Made by a program: the position numbers and the translations under genes. Source: Pristiophorus japonicus (taxonomy: Eukaryota). Taken from it: a stretch of 53,844 nt of DNA. Where the stretch lies: positions 1-53,844 of the forward strand of contig NW_027251303.1 of NCBI RefSeq assembly GCF_044704955.1, read 5' to 3'. Shown here piece after piece: positions 51,101-53,844 of this stretch (within the stretch, counting starts at the first letter, position 1; the number at the start of each line of letters is the position of its first letter). A model generated the notes under the pieces. The model worked only from the letters and a program-made list of their open reading frames with translations. It was not told the DNA's origin and ran no database searches.

Positions 51101-51935
51101 GCTGGGATATTGAATAAATTTAAGACAGAGATAGACAGTTTCTTAACCGATAATGGAATAAAGGGTTATGGGGGGCGGGCAGGGAAGTGGAGCTGTGTCC
51201 ATGATCGGATCAGCCACGATCGTATTAAATGGCAGAGCAGGCTCGAGGGGCCATATGGCCTACTCCTGCTCCTGTTCTTATTCCTGATAAAGTGGTTCAG
51301 AAGGCAAACGGGATACTTGCCCTTATTAGCCGAGGCATAGAATATAAGAGCAGGGAGATTATGCTAGAACTGTATAAAACACTTGTTCGGCCACAGTTCT
51401 GCGGACAGTTCTGCTCACTGCATTACAGGAAAAATGTGATTGCACCAGAGAGGGTACAGAGGAGATTTACCAGAATTTTGCCAGGAATGGAGAATTTTAG
51501 TTATGAGGAAAGATTGGATAGGCTGCGGTTGTTATCTGAGGAGAGCTCAGAGGTGGCTGAGGGGAGACGTGATTGAGGTGTATAAAATTATGAGGGGCCG
51601 AGATCGAGTGGAAAGGAAGGACCTATTTCTCCTAGCAGAGGGGTCAATAACAGAGGGCATAGATTTAAAGTCATTGGTAGAAGGATTAGAGGGGAGTTGA
51701 AAACTTTTTTCCCCAGAGGGTTGGGGGAACTCTGGAACTCACTGCCTGAAAGGGTGGTAGAGGCAGAAACCCTCGTCACAGTTCAAAAGTACTTGGATAT
51801 GCTCTTGAAGTGTAACCTATGGGGAGGGCTAACAAGGCTACGGACCGAGAGCTGGACAATGGGATAAGGCTGGATAGCTCTTTGTCAGCCGGCACAGACA
51901 CACTGGGTCGAATGGCCTCCTTCTGTGACATATAT
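48120..51935 (+). mobile_element. Degenerate CR1 ORF2 (APE to RT to 3' end), interrupted by a C-rich array and a second CR1 3' tip (51086-51285)
   Basis: GVYYRPPNS, GDFNYP, FSKAFDKIPH, GVPQGSVLGPLLF and ELYKTLVRPQ; many stops and frameshifts. Confidence 0.88.
50170..51085. repeat. C-rich minisatellite / low-complexity array
   Basis: Units such as cccgaccctcccccacccc and cagacccccggccc. Confidence 0.9.
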
Positions 51936-52087
51936 TTCTGATTCACTCAACCCTGAGGCCTTCCCAGTCTGTATGGCTCAGATACGCCCGGGATAAACTC
52001 AGACAGTGTCTGAAATTGTCTTTTATTGTCACATTTTGCACTAGATTACTTCAGATAACTGCTTTGTTTTTAATTTTGTTCAAACAG

Positions 52088-52098
52088 GCAATAAATAA
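52088..52098 (+). CDS. Putative terminal coding exon (G-N-K-stop) followed by 3' UTR
   Basis: Strong polypyrimidine acceptor ttgtttttaattttgttcaaacag|GC AAT AAA TAA. It is phase-1 compatible with the donor at 42581 and lies in a non-repeat island (about 51940-52540). Confidence 0.55.
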
Positions 52099-52539
52099 AC
52101 AGCTGACAGCTGACCCACAGAAGAAGTCCTGCCATAAGATGCTATTCTGGGAGGACGAACATACGATGGACATTTTGAGCAGGAAAGGTTATCAGACCCA
52201 ACAAACCTGCTCCCCACCTACTCACCAGATACCTCAATCCCTTTTCTCAACAGATTATCTCCTGGACCCATTTATTCTGCCCAAGTTACTCCTGTCTTCC
52301 TAACTTGTTTCTCCTGGTATTTGAACAATTTGCTTTGGCACATTCCTTCAGAATCTTATAAAGTTCAACAGATCAAGCTGAAGTTTTCTGTTTTGCAAAG
52401 GAAACAATCAAAGCTTCCTTAACTTTTCATAATTTAAATATCCTGGCACCTTGAATAACATGCAGGTGACGGATTTTCAAGTTAAACCATTGTCTCCCCT
52501 CCCACCCATCTGAAAGTCTTGGAACAGCTCACTGTTCCC

Positions 52540-53844
52540 CATCCATCCCTCCCTCATCTCCCACTCACTCCCTCGCTCCTCTCCCCCTCCCTCCCTCGCT
52601 CCTCTCCCACCCTCCCTCTTTCCCCACCCTCCCTCTTTCCCCACCCTCCCTCGCTGCTCCCCCTCCCTCGCTACTCTCCCCCCCTCGCTACTCTCCCCCT
52701 CCCTCGCTACTCTCCCCCCCTCCCTCCCTCCCTCCCTGCTACTCTCCCCCTCCCTCCCTCGCTACTCTCCCCCTCCCTCTCTACTCTCTCCCTCCCTCCC
52801 TCTCTCCCTCCCTCGTCTCCCTCCCTCCCTCTTCCCCCTGCCTCGTCCCTGTCCCTCCCTCGCTCCTCTCTCCCTCCCTCCTCTCCCCCTCCCTCCCCCT
52901 CATCACTCCCCCTCCCTCCCCCTCATCACTCCCCCCCCTCCCTCATCTCTCCCCCTCCTCCTCCCCCCCCCTCATTCCCCTCCCTCCCTCATCTCTCCCC
53001 CTCATCTCTTCCCCCTCCCTCCCTCATCTCTCCCCCTCCCTCACCTCTCCCCCTCACCTCTCCCCCTCCCCCTCCCTCCCTCATCTCTCCCCCTCCCTCC
53101 CTCCCTCATCTCTCCCCCTCCCTCCCTCCCTCATCTCTCCCCCCTCCCTCCCTCATCTCTCCCCCTCCCCCTCCCTCCCTCATTCTCTCCCCCTCCCTCC
53201 CTCCCTCATCTCTCCCCCCTCCCTCCCTCCCTCATCTCTCCCCCCTCCCTCCCTCATCTCTCCCCCCCCTCCCTCCCTCATCTCTCCCCCCTCCCTCCCT
53301 CCCTCATCTCTCCCCCCTCCCTCCCTCCCTCATCTCTCCCCCTCCCTCCCTCCCTCATCTCTCCCCCTCCCTCATCNNNNNNNNNNNNNNNNNNNNNNNN
53401 NNNNNNNNNNNNNNNNNNNNNNNNNNNNNNNNNNNNNNNNNNNNNNNNNNNNNNNNNNNNNNNNNNNNNNNNNNNNNNNNNNNNNNNNNNNNNNNNNNNN
53501 NNNNNNNNNNNNNNNNNNNNNNNNCTCCCTCATCTCTCCCCCCCCCTCTCTCCCTCCTCCCTCATCTCTCCCCCCTCCCTCCCTCCTCATCTCTCCCCCT
53601 CCCTCCCTCCTCTCCCCTCCTCCCTCATCTCTCCCCCTCCCTCCCTCCTCATCTCTTCCCCCTCCCTCCCTCATCCTTCCCCCCTCCCTCCCTCATCCCT
53701 CCCTCATCTCTCCCCCCTCCCTCCCTCCTCATCTCTCCCCCCCCCCCCCCTCCCTCATCCCTCCCTCATCTCTCCCCCCCTCCCTCATCTCTCCCCTCCT
53801 CCCTCATCTCTCCCCTCCTCCCTCCCTCCCCTCCTCCCTCCCCC
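52540..53844. repeat. CT-rich simple repeat containing an assembly gap (N at 53377-53524)
   Basis: (ccctccctcatctctcc)n flanks a run of N. Confidence 0.95.

Overview
This is vertebrate genomic DNA, most likely from a cartilaginous fish (inferred from DeuSINE/SacSINE-like SINEs, abundant CR1 LINEs and shark-light-chain-like V domains). It is overwhelmingly repeats: a 17.5-kb array of a 36-bp minisatellite, several other minisatellites, CR1 and RTE LINE fragments, SINEs and one decayed Gypsy (Mag/K02A2.6-like) LTR element. Nearly all long ORFs in the supplied track are artefacts of these repeats. Hidden among them on the + strand is one ~52-kb split gene whose exons join in frame with consistent splice phases: leader (447-494, apparently damaged), Ig V domain 1 (4744-5097), Ig V domain 2 (29697-30044), TM (32463-32582), YENV exon (32737-32810), two exons that together build an ITAM (42395-42436, 42539-42581) and a terminal exon (52088-52098). 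The predicted ~346-aa product is a non-rearranging antigen-receptor-like receptor. It has two germline-joined VJ-type domains, no C domain, a neutral TM, a Grb2-type YENV motif and its own ITAM (YMAL-x7-YSEL). I do not recognise it as a named gene. The model was assembled by eye and needs transcript confirmation.
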